From the NCBI GenBank assembly GCA_030390025.1, contig JASTWF010000036.1:3412001-3476000 (forward strand): a stretch of DNA of 64,000 nucleotides, in the 5' to 3' direction. A model generated the notes under the pieces. The model saw only the letters and a list, made by a program, of their open reading frames with translations. It ran no database searches and was not told the origin of the DNA. Position numbers and translations under genes: made by a program. Of the stretch, positions 48,681-60,739 are shown one piece after another (positions within the stretch are counted from its first letter, which is position 1; each line of letters opens with the position of its first letter). The stretch is from Squalus acanthias. Lineage: Eukaryota.

Positions 48681-49809
48681 ACCATTACAGGAACCTGTGC
48701 CCACTTTCTTTTTCAGTTAATCCTGCTCCATTATCAACTGATGGCAGCTGAGTTGAACCAAATTTCACTTCCCTTCTCTTTCTTCCCTTTTTCTCTCTCC
48801 CTCCCCAACTATCAGCACATTAATGTGAAACATCCTACTCTAATCTAAGCACGTGACTAATCTGATAAACAGAAGTGGCCTGCAGAGTAATCACTCTGGT
48901 GAATTTGTTCATCAGGACAGTGCCTCGAAATATATGTCAGCTGTATTAGTTACAATGTCCCTTTCTTCTTAGACTTTTTGTAAGTGAATCAGATAATTTG
49001 CAGCAAGATTTGAGCCATTAATTCCATCAAGTAGTCCTGATGGTTTAAGAAACTGCAGGAGTGATGCTCAGGTAGTCTCCTGAACAGCAGGAGAGACCAG
49101 CGATTGAATTGTTGCCTGAAGCCTGCTGCAAGCTAATTGTTCCTTAATGATGCATCGTTGGTGCTATGCTTGAGATTTTTCTTTCTGTGAGGTAGTGGGC
49201 ATGCTGAGTGCACCAAAGGTGATGTGGCATGGCTGAAAGCGTAGCAAATGATAATGATGTTAGACCTGAAGGTATTTGAGACTGCTAGTACTCTATTTCC
49301 CTTTCTCATCAGCAGAAGACTGGGAAATAATTGATACACCGTACCTGATGCATAAATCCCACCTTTGTTCAGGTTTTTAAAGACCTTTGAGTCTGTGTGA
49401 ATGTTGAGCATGGGTGTGAGCCATCTGGTCATTGGCAGTAAAGGTTTAGATTATTGTAACCTGCACATTTTTCCTGTGTTCAATGATATACTAATTCTGT
49501 AAATATTAAAGGAATTGGATGGTGCTGGGGTTTTTTACCACATATCTCTGGGATCTGGGTTTACATTCGAGTCTTGGAAATAATAGTCTCCTTTTGCTGC
49601 CGGTCGCAAGAGTCCTGCAAGAAATGAGGTTGGAGAGTCTTAGTCCAGGCCCCAGTGGGCACAGGCCCACAGCAGAAAACTGCATACCGATTGATACTAA
49701 ATTAGCAATCTTCCTCAGATCTTCAGGATGGTCACTGTGGGATATCAGAATGTTGTCCTATTGGTGCAGTAGGCAGTGTCCTATCTGAGGTTGGTGTTAA
49801 ACTGGAATA

Positions 49810-50149
49810 CAGGAAACTCTTTGGTATCTGGGACCGGGGTGGTGCCGGTTGATTGAAAGTTCCGGATAATGGAGAGTTATATCTACCGAGGCTATTTTTA
49901 ACAAAGAAAAATAAAAAAATCAAGAAATGTGCAGTATACAGTATTTGGGTACTCACCTACAGAATGTTGTGTTAAATGGATGGTGGAAGATGCTTGATTA
50001 AGTACAGTACTGCCCCCACTGACTAACTCGGCGTTCGCGGGCTCAGACTCGGCAACATTGCCGGTTATTTGAGAGGAGTTTTCGGAGGATTTTTGCCGGT
50101 TAAGAGAGAATTCCGGATATTTAGGTGCCGGTTAAACAAGAGTTTCCTG
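49810..50149. mobile_element. pogo/Tigger-like MITE, opposite orientation to 31679
   Basis: TA|CAGGAAACTCTT ... AAGAGTTTCCTG|TA. Confidence 0.86.
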
Positions 50150-50330
50150 TATATGGTTTGGGCAGTAAGTAGAGGGAGCATTTGCTGTGCGTTTGGCTCT
50201 GCTGTACCTGAACTGAGTGCTCAATGCTGACACGGAGTACAAAGAAATGGGGAAAAAGAATCGGTCATCGGATGATTTCAAAATACAAAGCAATGAATTG
50301 TTAACTATTCTATACATTTTTGAGACTTGT

Positions 50331-50626
50331 AAAGAAAAAAAGAACTTGTACTTATATGGTGCCTTTCATGACCTCAGGACGTCTCAAAGCGCTTTACAGT
50401 CAATGAAGTACTTTTGAAGTGTAGTCACTAGTGCACTGCAAGCTCCCACAAACAGCAATGTATTGATGAGGACCAGATAATCTGTTTTTGTGATGTCGAT
50501 TTTGGGATAAATATTGGCCAGGACACCAGGGAGAACACTCCTGCTCTTCTTTGAATGGTGTCATGGGATATTTTGTGTCCAACTGAGAGGACAGACAGGG
50601 CCTCGGTTTAACGTCTCATCCGAAAG
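50331..50626 (-). mobile_element. DeuSINE 3' part
   Basis: Reverse complement of the Deu core and the L2-type tail. Confidence 0.82.
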
Positions 50627-51199
50627 TCAGATACTTTTATTGTACTTCATAAATCCTAGATTCTAAACATGTATGCTGCTCCTTTCAACTTGGCTGGTGT
50701 CCTGCATTATGGGCCTTGGTGCTTCAACTAGATTTCTCAATTTGAAAAAAAATAATGTTGTACAGAACCGAATCTACAGAGATGCTTTGGCAGATGTTGT
50801 GTGACTGAAGCCATGCAGATTTTGAAAGGACACGGAGTATTAGAAGAGTCCAGTTGAATTACTGTAACAAGGAAGAATAATTGGCATCCAAATTAATTGT
50901 GTTCTTCACAGTTGTGCATTGCTCCAAAAAAAAAAGTGTGATTCTACCAGAACACACAGACTTTTTGTTTTGTGTTGCAAGCTGAATTATCTATTGTGAA
51001 ATGTTGTTAGCAATCTTGGTTCTTGTGTGACAAACATCTGGTTTGGTCATTACAGCAAATTTGGTTGAAACATTCATGGGAATAGAGTATGTCAGAGTGT
51101 CCCAGGCGCCATCAACTAGTACAGACAATACTGATTATTGTATATAATTTCACAAATCTGGACTGAGGAGAAATACAGGGCTATGTTTTTCATTTTATT

Positions 51200-51590
51200 T
51201 TTGTCCCACTTTTCTCCCCTCTGAAGGCGCTGACTGTTGCTGGGGTATACTGACCTGGGTGCAGGCAGCACCCTGCTGTCTCACTTAAGGGGTCTTTCCA
51301 TGTGCGAGCTTCGCGAGTGTCAGACGGCTATTCAACTGTGGGGGAACATCACAGCTGCGCCCAACACTGTTCTCGCACAAGTGCACTTTCCAGCAGGATG
51401 GCAATCAGAAGCAGGAACCCTGCTTGGTTCTCTCTTCTCTTTCTGTGCCCCCCCCCCCAAGCACTTCCAGTTATCACCCCCGCCTGAGATCAGCTAACTC
51501 AGCGCAGACAAGGGGATCAAACCTGTGATTTTCTGGTTTGTGTGGCTTCATGCTACACCGGGTGGTGACTTTTACCCACATTGTGTCATT
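51200..51590 (-). mobile_element. Ancient tRNA-type SINE, uninterrupted reference copy
   Basis: On the minus strand: B-box-like GGTTTGATCCCC, then GCTGAGTTAGCTGATCTC and the body seen in many other copies in this window. Confidence 0.6.
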
Positions 51591-51657
51591 GTGGAATGCC
51601 ATTCCGTTCATTTCAGTGGCTGCTACCTCATTGCCTAGCATGTGTGTGTTATATCAA

Positions 51658-51698
<41 letters not shown>
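51658..51698. repeat. (CA)n(TA)n microsatellite
   Basis: Directly visible. Confidence 0.95.
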
Positions 51699-51702
<4 letters not shown>

Positions 51703-51709
51703 CTGATAT

Positions 51710-52830
51710 TTAATTCCAATAGTCCTCTGACCCTAGGGCCTTGTAGCTGTTCTCTGTTCCCAGAGCTTGCATATTTCTTTTGTGCCTCAATGACCAGAAC
51801 TGGATACAGTATTCAAAGTGCGACGTGACTAGAGCACCATACAGCTTCAGCCTGACTGCCTCAGCCTTTGACTACAGATTTGGCAGTGTAGCTCAGCATT
51901 CTGTTTACTTTGTTAATTGGTGCTCTGCAGTGACATGACATGGGCAGTGTTTACTATTACTCCTGGATCTCTCTCAGCCTCTTCCCTTGCTCCACATTAT
52001 AGAAAGGATATTGAGGCTTTAGGAGGATACATCGCAAATTCGCTCGGATTAAATGCAAGAGATTTAGGACAGAGAGCAAGAGGGACTTCTTTACACAGAA
52101 AGTTGAGGCTGTGGAATTCACTTGCAGGGGTAGTGGTTGAGGCAGAAACTATTTCAACATTCAAGATCAGATTGGATAGGTGGATGAAGGGATGTGGGAA
52201 TAGGGTGGGTAAATGTGATTAGGATTCTTTGCTCGCGTGGAGGATAAACACCGATATGGACTGATTGGGCCAAATGGCCTGCTTCCATATTGTAACTTCT
52301 GCATAGTTCAACACCATTCATTATGTAAATATGTCTGCCATTTTTCTTCCAGTATGTAAGACCTTACATTTATCTGCATTGAATTTCATTTGCCATAATT
52401 TTGCCCACTTACAAATATTGTCTGGGTCCTTCTGAAACTGCTTAGCTACTTGATGAAACTCTACTGCTTCCCCTCCCTATTTGATGTTATCAGCAAATTA
52501 GGCCAACTTGCATTGTGTTTCTGATTTCAGGTCATTTTCTCGATCTGAAACAGTGAGGGGGCCTCAGCACCAATCCCTGAGGCATTCCACTAAGTACATC
52601 TCCTCAGCCTGACCTTGCTGCCCTACTACTTGCTGCTGCTTCTGCTTCAGCCAATTCCTCATCCATCTCCATGTTTTATGTCCGCTATCCATTGCCTCAG
52701 GCTTGTGTGGAACCATATTAAATGGTTTCTGGAAGTCTTTGGTAGACGATGTATGATTTTTTTTTTTGTTTGACATCCATTTAGGATGTCACTTCCTCAA
52801 AAAGGTCAAGGACGTTAGTCAGGTACAATC
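51710..52830 (-). mobile_element. Old CR1 RT-region fragment containing a plus-strand CR1 3' fragment (~51990-52305)
   Basis: Degenerate DFQKPF motif and TTATCAGCAAA (FAD on minus); inner PHYRKDIEAL...LWNSL plus tail. Confidence 0.65.
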
Positions 52831-53479
52831 TATTAGGGTTAACAATGTTTCGGAGATTGCAATGTAGTTCCCAGCCTAAAATTCATTCATTGTTGCAAAT
52901 GATGGCCGTCGATCTTTGGTGGTGAGAGATTTCGGTCCACCTCATGCCTGTATCCCTAACCCTGGCTTTCCGAGGCTCGGTAATTATAAACTTGAGCAGG
53001 TGCCAAGGCCATTTATGCTGCCCCTGGGTCACCCACTTCAGGTGGGATGGGATGGGGAAATTGCTGAAGCACCTACCATAGCATAGCTAACATTGACGGA
53101 TAAAGATTTTTTTATTTCAATTTTTTTAATTCTCCTCTGACTAGTGCCATTGATTTTATTGCATTAGTAAAAACTTACCTGTAAAATTTAACCGCCCCCC
53201 GGGCCCATAACAACACGAACTGCCAGGAACATGCATGCACTCTTCATGCCCAGTTTTGCTAAGGGGCAAATGACTGGCAATACATTGCATGATGTATTCC
53301 CATCATTTGGGTGGATTTATTGTGTGGTCAATGTTGCTTCTGGAGCAAAAGTTCCAGAAGTGGCGTCCGGTGATGGGGGAGCAGCAAAATGGCTCGCCAC
53401 TCGATTTTGCTCCCCTGTCTGGCCCAGTTATGCTAGTTTATCAGCATAACCTCAGGAAATTCAACCCAATTATGTTTAA

Positions 53480-53910
53480 GCCTGTCCTTTGCAGATCTCT
53501 TATTTAATCTTTAAATTCCTTCCTTTATTTTCTTGTTGGTTGGTTCTGTTTGTACCCTTCTCCCGAGACTAATAAGTTTAAATCCTTCCACACTGCTGTA
53601 TTTACTCTCTCTAAGAACATTGCTACCAATCAAGTTTAGATGAAGGCCATCCCATCTAAACAGCTTCCCCTTCCTTCAGAATGTATCCCCATATCTTAGG
53701 AATCTAAAATCCTCTTTCCTACGCCATCTGTCTGGCCACACATTGACCTATCTAATCTGTGTCTGCCTAACTGGTCCAGTGCATGGCACCAGGATAATCC
53801 TGATATCTACAAGGTCTTGCACCTCGAGCTAGAGCCAAATTCCTCAAACTCCCTCCGTAAGACCACCATCCTACTTTTTCCTGTATCATTGATTCCTGCA
53901 CCACTGCTTC
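53480..53910 (-). mobile_element. CR1 ORF1 (SGNH esterase domain) remnant
   Basis: Minus strand around 53615-53670 translates to GKLFRWDGLHLNLIGSNVL, the DGLH motif of CR1 ORF1 esterases. Confidence 0.65.
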
Positions 53911-54144
53911 TGATGGTTTTCTATCCCTTTACAGAATCTTTCCCACCCACTTTTCTTTCCTTCCTCCCTCGCTCTTTTATTTCCTCCCACTTCTGCCCCC
54001 TGCACCCTCCTCCCCAGCCAAAGCAAATGAGATGACGTGAAGGGTAGTCCTGAGAGCTGAGCTGGCGGTCTTTTTGATGAGGATTTCACTAAGTGTTGAG
54101 CGACTTGAACTCCTGGCTTGCTCTCAAGTTCTTCCTCCAATCAC

Positions 54145-55532
54145 TGACCCGGATTTTCCGGGGCCTACGAGTGCGTACGTGGTGTGTACGCGCCCGTAAG
54201 GGCCCCGCAAGTTCTTGACGGATCATCCGCATCTCCGGGAAATGGACATTCGCGGGCAGAGTGTTGGGCTATTTGACTAACTACTGCCCAGCAAATGCCC
54301 GTGAAATTCTTACGCCTGGTAAAAGAAGTCGTAAGGCTTGCTTTTACCAGCGTAAGAGTTTAAATGAACATAAAATATATTGGGCTGAAAATTGAGTTGC
54401 GCTAACTTCGCCAGGGCGCTACTTTTAGCACCCCGGAAAAATTAGCGCCCCCGCACCGGAAATTGAGTGGTTGCGCCCCAAGAGGGAAGCGCGATGCTAC
54501 TGGAAGCGCCCCGCATCCCTCTTTGGGCACTGCGAGTCAATATCGCGGCGCAACGTGCCGCAGCGCGGTATTGCAGGCCTTCCTCCCCTTAAAGGGGAGG
54601 GGCCTTGCGCAGTGCGACCCTGGGCTCCCGGGGATCAGGAGTGCCGGCAAAAGAGCCCGGCACTCGAAGTGCCACGCTCATGGAGCGCAGCCGGCACCCC
54701 GCAGGGGGCGCGGTTCAGGAGGCCGGGGACGGGAGCGCAGGCAGGTGCTGGCAGGCGGCCAGCAACAAAAATGGCCGCCCCGCACCTCGCCTTTAAATAG
54801 CGCCTCCCTGGCCGCAGGTAGGCCCCCCTGACCCCGTCGGACATAGCGTCCGGCGGTAAGTCAGGGGGCGCTCCCGAAGATCGCGGCCGGGGCGCTGCGC
54901 ACGGCGATGACGTCATCGCTGGTGTCGCAGTGCTACCGGTTACCGCCGCCGCTAACCTCCCGCTGAATTTCGCGGGAGGCGTGAGCGGCGCTGCGCCCGG
55001 GCTAGTTGCTTTGTGCCCCGTTAGCGCCCTCTAACGGGAGGCGCAAAGGAACCCAATTTTTCCCCCAAATTTTTTTTTAAATTATTTAAACATAAAAAAA
55101 CCTGTAAAATAAGTTCAAGTTATTTTTAGCCCCTTTAAAACATTTACCTTTTTTAAAAATTACATTTTTAATTTCAATATTTAATTAAATTGTATTTTAA
55201 TTTTTAAATGTAAATTTTTAAAATTTATTTGGTATGTAAACGTGTTTTTTATGTGATTCCCCATTCATGCTTATGGGGATTCCGTACGAAAATGGAACCC
55301 CTATAACCATGAATAGGGTTCCCCTTTTCATTGGTTGGGCCGGCCCAAGTGATCCCAGGGGCGCTTGCGAACCGCCTGCGCCTCTGGGATACCTGGACCT
55401 TTACGCATGTCTCCGCATAGAGGCCCAGGAGCGGGAGTTTCCATGGATCCTGAGGCAGAAGGTAGGCAAGGACTTTATTTGCGGATTGGAGGCATTTCCC
55501 CGCGGGAAGCCTCCGACTGCAAATTCAGGCCC
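54145..55532. mobile_element. Outer MITE (GC-rich ends, AT-rich core) hosting a nested MITE
   Basis: Imperfect ends GACCCGGATTTTCC and GCAAATTCAGGCCC. The AT-rich core is split by 54382-55066. Confidence 0.5.
54382..55066. mobile_element. CpG-rich GGG-TIR MITE, inverted relative of 57046-57940
   Basis: Ends GGGCTGAAAATTGAGTT and AACCCAATTTTTCCCCC, with many TAGCGCC/GGCGCTA repeats. Confidence 0.75.
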
Positions 55533-56489
55533 ATTGTCTAAACCAACTTAAGTGACCTTTCACCTGAGATGAACCCTTTTACTTCCTTGGATTTTTGCAA
55601 AGTATTACTTTAAGCCCAAGAATGACCGTTTTTCATTTTTTTAAATTTTCCTCATCTGTTTGAAATGACTGACCTTGCTGAGAAAACAGCACAACCACGT
55701 CAGGCACTGCAATAATCTGCTGACTGAAAAGATAAAAATACAGCTGCTCGCCTCCAAAGCCTAGTGTTGTCTGTGATTGACCACTTTTGCATAACACAAA
55801 CTGGCTACCAAGTAATTCTGGGCTCTTTCATAAAGGGAACAATTTATAGTGCCGTTAACACAATGGCTCAGTGTTGTGTGACTGACTTCCAAAGCAAGCA
55901 TCTCCATAACATCAACAAAGAAGTCATTTCACATCAGTAATGGTGACTCTTGTTTGAAGATGTAATGGAACAATTGATTCCACTTTTTCCCACAATTCTC
56001 TTTCCAAGACTTGGCAGAAGTACTGTCTTCCCTTAATGGAACTTAATGTTGGAGTGTTGCTGTCATGCTGTAATGTCCTCTTCACATGTACAAAGCAAGA
56101 TACCAGAGAAAGTTTCGGAAAGCAGTTTAGAAAGATGTTCTGTTTCCTGAACTCAGTATGGAGCGACTTGTTTTTTGTCCTCAATCAGTACTGGAATTCA
56201 CCTCTTCCCCCAGCGTGCCCACTTCTCCTTCTCACACTGGGGTGTAGTTTCACTGGATTAATTACCCTCTGATACCTCATCGGGGGGGGGGGGCATTCTT
56301 TGTGTGAGCCTAGAAGGTGAGTGTCCGTTGGATGCTGGACTATGGGCACACCACCATCTCAATCCTTTCGTGAATATCCATGTGCGTATGCTTTCGCGAC
56401 AAACCTGTCACCTAGTCCTACTTTTCCAATTTCGTTTAGTCATTTTCCAGTCTTTCCTCATAACTAAGACCATTGACATTAGAAATCAG

Positions 56490-58400
56490 CCTTGTGGCTC
56501 TTCTCTGCATTGCCTCTAGCACCTGAATGTCTCGCTTGTGTCTTGGTGACCAGAACTGAACTTGTACTGGAGGGGTGGTCTGACTAGAGCACTATGCCTT
56601 TTCATCATGACTTTCTCTGACCTGTACTCTACTGTTCTGGCAATATAGTTCAGCATTCTATTGGCTTTGTTGATTGCTTCTCCACACTGATTGGACATGT
56701 TGAGTGTTAAGTCTACTAAGACTTGTAGGTCTGTTTTAACTTCATCCTTGGCTATTTCAGCACCATTCATGACATTTTCCTTCCTAACTGCTTGCCCACA
56801 TTAAATTTAATCTACAGTTGTTCCACCCACTTGCGTATTTTGTCCAACTCATTTTGTAGCTGCCTCCTCCAATTCCACTGCCCCTTTTAATTTAGTATCA
56901 TCAGCAAATTTGATCAGTTTGCTCTGAATTTCTGAATCCAAGTCATTGATACGAATTTGAAAGGGTAGTGGTCCCAACACCAATAGCTGGGCACCCCACT
57001 CAGTGCCTCCCCCCACCTTGACCTAACTCCTCCAACAAATACCTAGGGGGAAAAATTCAGTTGGTTGCGCCTCCCGTTAGCGCCTTAAGAGGGCGCTAAT
57101 GGGGCGCAAAGCATCTAGCGCCCAGGCGCGGCGAAGTTTGCGCCGCTCGCGAAATGGACTAGACATTTTCCGGCGGCGCTAAACACTACCGCCACGATCT
57201 CCTGCGCCGGCAGATCATGACGTCACTCGAGTGCGCAACGCCCCGGTATCGCCCCGGAGCGGATATTGAGTGGCGCCCCCTGCCTTACCGCCTGACGCTA
57301 GCAACGACAGGTTGAGGGGAGCGTTCTGCAGTCATGAAGGGAAAGGGGGAGCGCTATTTAAAGGTGACCGCTTCCTGCCTTTTATTGTTGGTGCCATTTT
57401 TGAACTACGCATTCTGAGAGAGAGAGAGGGAGAGACTTCTGGAGAGATTCAACGTTGTGTGAAGGAGTTTTGGGTACTGAGCAGCACTTTTCAGGTTCAT
57501 TTTGATTTGCCATTCCTTGTATCGATTTAGCAGAGACTGTGGGGGCTGCACTCTGAGCTCTTTGCCTGGTACTCTCCATTGTTCTTTCCAGCAGATTTGA
57601 TGTACAGGTCTCTCCAGGCCGAGATTCATGGCTGCAATGAGCAGGATGTGGATGGAAAGCAAGATTAACCATCCCCTTTAAGAACTGGCCCGTGCCATTG
57701 TGTGTGTGTTCCATTGCTGACTGACATTACATGAGCTTCGCCAGCGCTCTGAGGTAGCGCCTCGCTCCTCGGCCTTTGCGCCTTAAGACAGGTGTGAAGC
57801 GCCTGATTTAGCGCTGCAATCACCTCCAGGGGCGATAAAAGTCAAGTTTGCAGTCGGTGGCGATAATTAGCGCCAGGCGCTAATCTTTGCGCCCGGCCGA
57901 TAATTGCGCCCCAAATGGGGCGATACTGAATTTCTCCCCCCTGGTGTTTTATACCTTCAGCCAGTTTCTTATTTATTCGCAAGATTTACCCTGGATCTCC
58001 ACAACTTTGAAGTTAACTAATAACCTTTTGTGTGGAACTTTGTCTACTGCCTTTTGAAAATCTAGGCACACAACATGGGGCTGTCCACTTGGGTTGTCAC
58101 TTCCTCAAAAGAAGTCGAGGAGGTTGGTAAGGCAAGATCATCGCCTTCTAAATCCAAGTTGACCGCAAGCTTTCTCCAGATCCTATTTTAAATGGAATTG
58201 GAAGTAAGACCAATGGGTCTGTAGTTGTGTGTGTCTTTTTGTCATCTTTTTCTGAATATGGGCACCACGTTGGCTTGTTTCAAATCTACTGGTACCTCCC
58301 CAGTGTCCAGTGACTTCCTGATAATGATTGTCAGTGCCTCACAAATCCTCTCTGGGCTCTCTTAGCAGTTGGACAACTACCATCTGTCCCTGGGCTTTGG
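56490..58400 (-). mobile_element. Old CR1 RT-region fragment interrupted by a MITE
   Basis: AINKANRML...SALVRPPLQY; GTATCATCAGCAAA (FADDT on minus). Confidence 0.72.
57046..57940. mobile_element. CpG-rich GGG-TIR MITE (PIF/Harbinger-like)
   Basis: TIRs GGGGGAAAAATTCAGT / ACTGAATTTCTCCCCC (15/16); 3-bp flanks CTA/CTG. Confidence 0.82.
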
Positions 58401-58876
58401 AGCCTTTTTTCATGTTGCAGATTGGTAGTTCGCTGATTTAGAAACATAAAAGATAGGAGCAGGAGTAGGCCATTCGGCCCCTCGAGCCTGCTCCGCCATT
58501 CAATGCGATCATGGCTGATCATCCAAATTCAGTACCCTGTCCCTGCTTTCTCCCCATATCCCTTGATCCCCTTAGTCTTAAGAAATATATAGAAGTATAG
58601 AAGATGGGAGCAGGCGTAGGCCATTCGGCCCCTCGAACCTGCTCCTCCATTTAATGAGATCATGGCTGATCATCCAAATTCAGTACCCTGTCCCTGCTTT
58701 CTCCCCATATCACTTGATCCCTTTAGCCTTAAGAAATATATCTATCTCCTTCTTGAATATATTTAATGAATTGGACTCAACTGCCTTCTGTGATAGAGAA
58801 TTCCACAGGTTCACCACTCTCTGGGTGAAGAAATTCCTCCTCATCTCAGTCCTAAATGGCTTACCCCTTATCTTTA

Positions 58877-59298
58877 ATGTGGAGATGCCAGTGTTGGACT
58901 GGGGTGGACAAATGTGAGAAGTCGCACAACACCAGGTTATAGTCCAACAGCTTTATTTGAAATCACAAGCTTTCGGAGCGGCTGTGATTTCCAGCAAAAA
59001 AAGTTTTTTGTTTTCCATCCAGACCCCAGCATCTGCCACATTGTCTTTGATGTCATGTTTTCCTGACTGACCTGGTTGGACACCATCCACACCTTTGATT
59101 GCCGTGATTATCTCTCTGCCGAGGTGTGATAAAGGGCAGTTGGAAAGATTAACTGTAATCATCTGGCAGTGTTCTCTGACTATATATGCTGTGCCTATAT
59201 GCATCTCTTCACTTCACCTGACGAAGGAGCAGCGCTCCGAAAGCTTGTGATTTCAAATAAAGCTGTTGGACTATAACCTGGTGTTGTGCGACTTCTCA
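58877..59298 (+). mobile_element. Penelope-type terminal-repeat insertion with a 66-bp inverted repeat; 12-bp TSD CCCTTATCTTTA
   Basis: TSD at 58865-58876 and 59299-59310; perfect IR at 58915-58980 / 59233-59298; contains a hammerhead motif. Confidence 0.78.
59214..59250 (+). ncRNA. Minimal hammerhead ribozyme motif
   Basis: TCAC-CTGACGA-A-GGAGC(AGC)GCTCC-GAAA-GC-TT-GTGA. Confidence 0.65.
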
Positions 59299-60739
59299 CC
59301 CTTATCTTTAGACTGTGACCCCTGGTTCTGGACTCCCCCGCCATCGGGAACATCCTTCCTGCATCTAGTCTGTCTAGTCCTGTTAGAATTTTATAAGTTT
59401 CAATGAGATCCCCTCTCATTCTTCTAAACTCTAGCGAATACAAGCCCAATCGACCCAATCTCTCTCCATACGTCATTCCTGCCATCCCAGGTATCAGTCT
59501 GGTGAGTCTTCGCTGCACTCCCTCCATGGCAAGAACATCCTTCCTCAGATAAGGTGACCAAAACTGCACACAATACTCAAGATTTCTGTACTGTGATGCT
59601 AGAATATTTTATTGGCTGTTTATCATTTAGCAAACTTATTGGCAAATTTGGAAAACTGGCCATGTGGTTGAGTATTTAGAGAGTTATGATGCAAGTTTAC
59701 CAAAGCTTTTTGATTCGGTGTAAACTCTCGAATCTGGTGGCGGTCTGAGAGCCTCTGACAATCGTAATTAAAATGTCGCGCGTCGTCACATCAGTTCATA
59801 TGCCTTCCAGCTTCCCCATTGCTGCCTAAGTTTACCCAAGTCACGTTCACAAGCTGACATTGTTAAGAAGTGGCTGCCTCTGGCACTGAGCTAATCACGT
59901 CCCATGGTACAACCGCCTGCTGATTTGAGTCACGGTAAATGCCACCGCTTCAGGGTTTCTAAGACCCTGGAAAATAAGTGACACGGTTCTTCAATTTTCA
60001 CCTGCATTCGAAGTATTTTGCATTTTAATATTTTACCTTGGAAAGCAGAAATCCAAAATAATTTTTATCTTGTCACCCTCCGAAGATAAAATTGAGGGAG
60101 GGGGGATTGAAAGGAGGAGAAAAAAGTAACTTAAACTTTGAAGCAGAACCATAAAATGCTTATTTACAGAATTTGCAAGAAAGTTAAGTGCAAAATATTT
60201 GTCGGCACACACACATCATTTGGGGAAATTGGGGAATTGATAATATCCAATGTGTGAGCATGAGAATCATAAATACTGGTAGAAATATTCTGCTTGGATG
60301 AGGACTCTCTCTTTGCCTCCTAATTTCTTGCCTCCTCTCTTGAAAGGACTGACTCATGCTGGGGCACAGTTCCCCATGCGCGAATCATTCCACACGCAAG
60401 AGCCTTGGCAGTGAGTGCTGGCAGGCTGTTTGACTATGGGGGGACAACACAGCCGAAAAGTATGACTGGTATAATTGTACACATACTGCAGTTTAAGCCT
60501 GTTAATTGGAATGACGTTTTGTCAGCTGTTTCTTATTGCGCATCGCCATTAGTGCTGATTTGTTGGTTGTATTTCATTCCGGAGGTGGATTGCTTGTCGC
60601 TTGATTTGAATTGTTAACCATTTAATCCTCAAATGGATTTTTCCAACCTTCTCCAAATCCAGTGCAACCTTATGCCCCCTGTACACTACAGAACCGCTTC
60701 ACTTCACTGAGAAGTGATTCTGCAATACACCTGATCATA

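Larger units (their letters stand above)
58441..59580 (-). mobile_element. CR1 3' fragment with a duplicated tail and a Penelope insertion
   Basis: QFWSPYLRKDVLAMEGVQRRLTRLIPG; 150-bp tandem tail units at 58441 and 58591. Confidence 0.9.

Noticed and set aside
54382..55066. CpG-island promoter or first exon of a host gene
   Set aside because: Bounded by TIRs, with a related copy at 57046, so it is a MITE; its ORFs are GC-rich noise.
56020..56056. Possible BLOC1S1 upstream exon (YCLPLMELNVG resembles ...HLNVG)
   Set aside because: Only LNVG matches, there is no GT donor after the GG, and the upstream residues do not fit.
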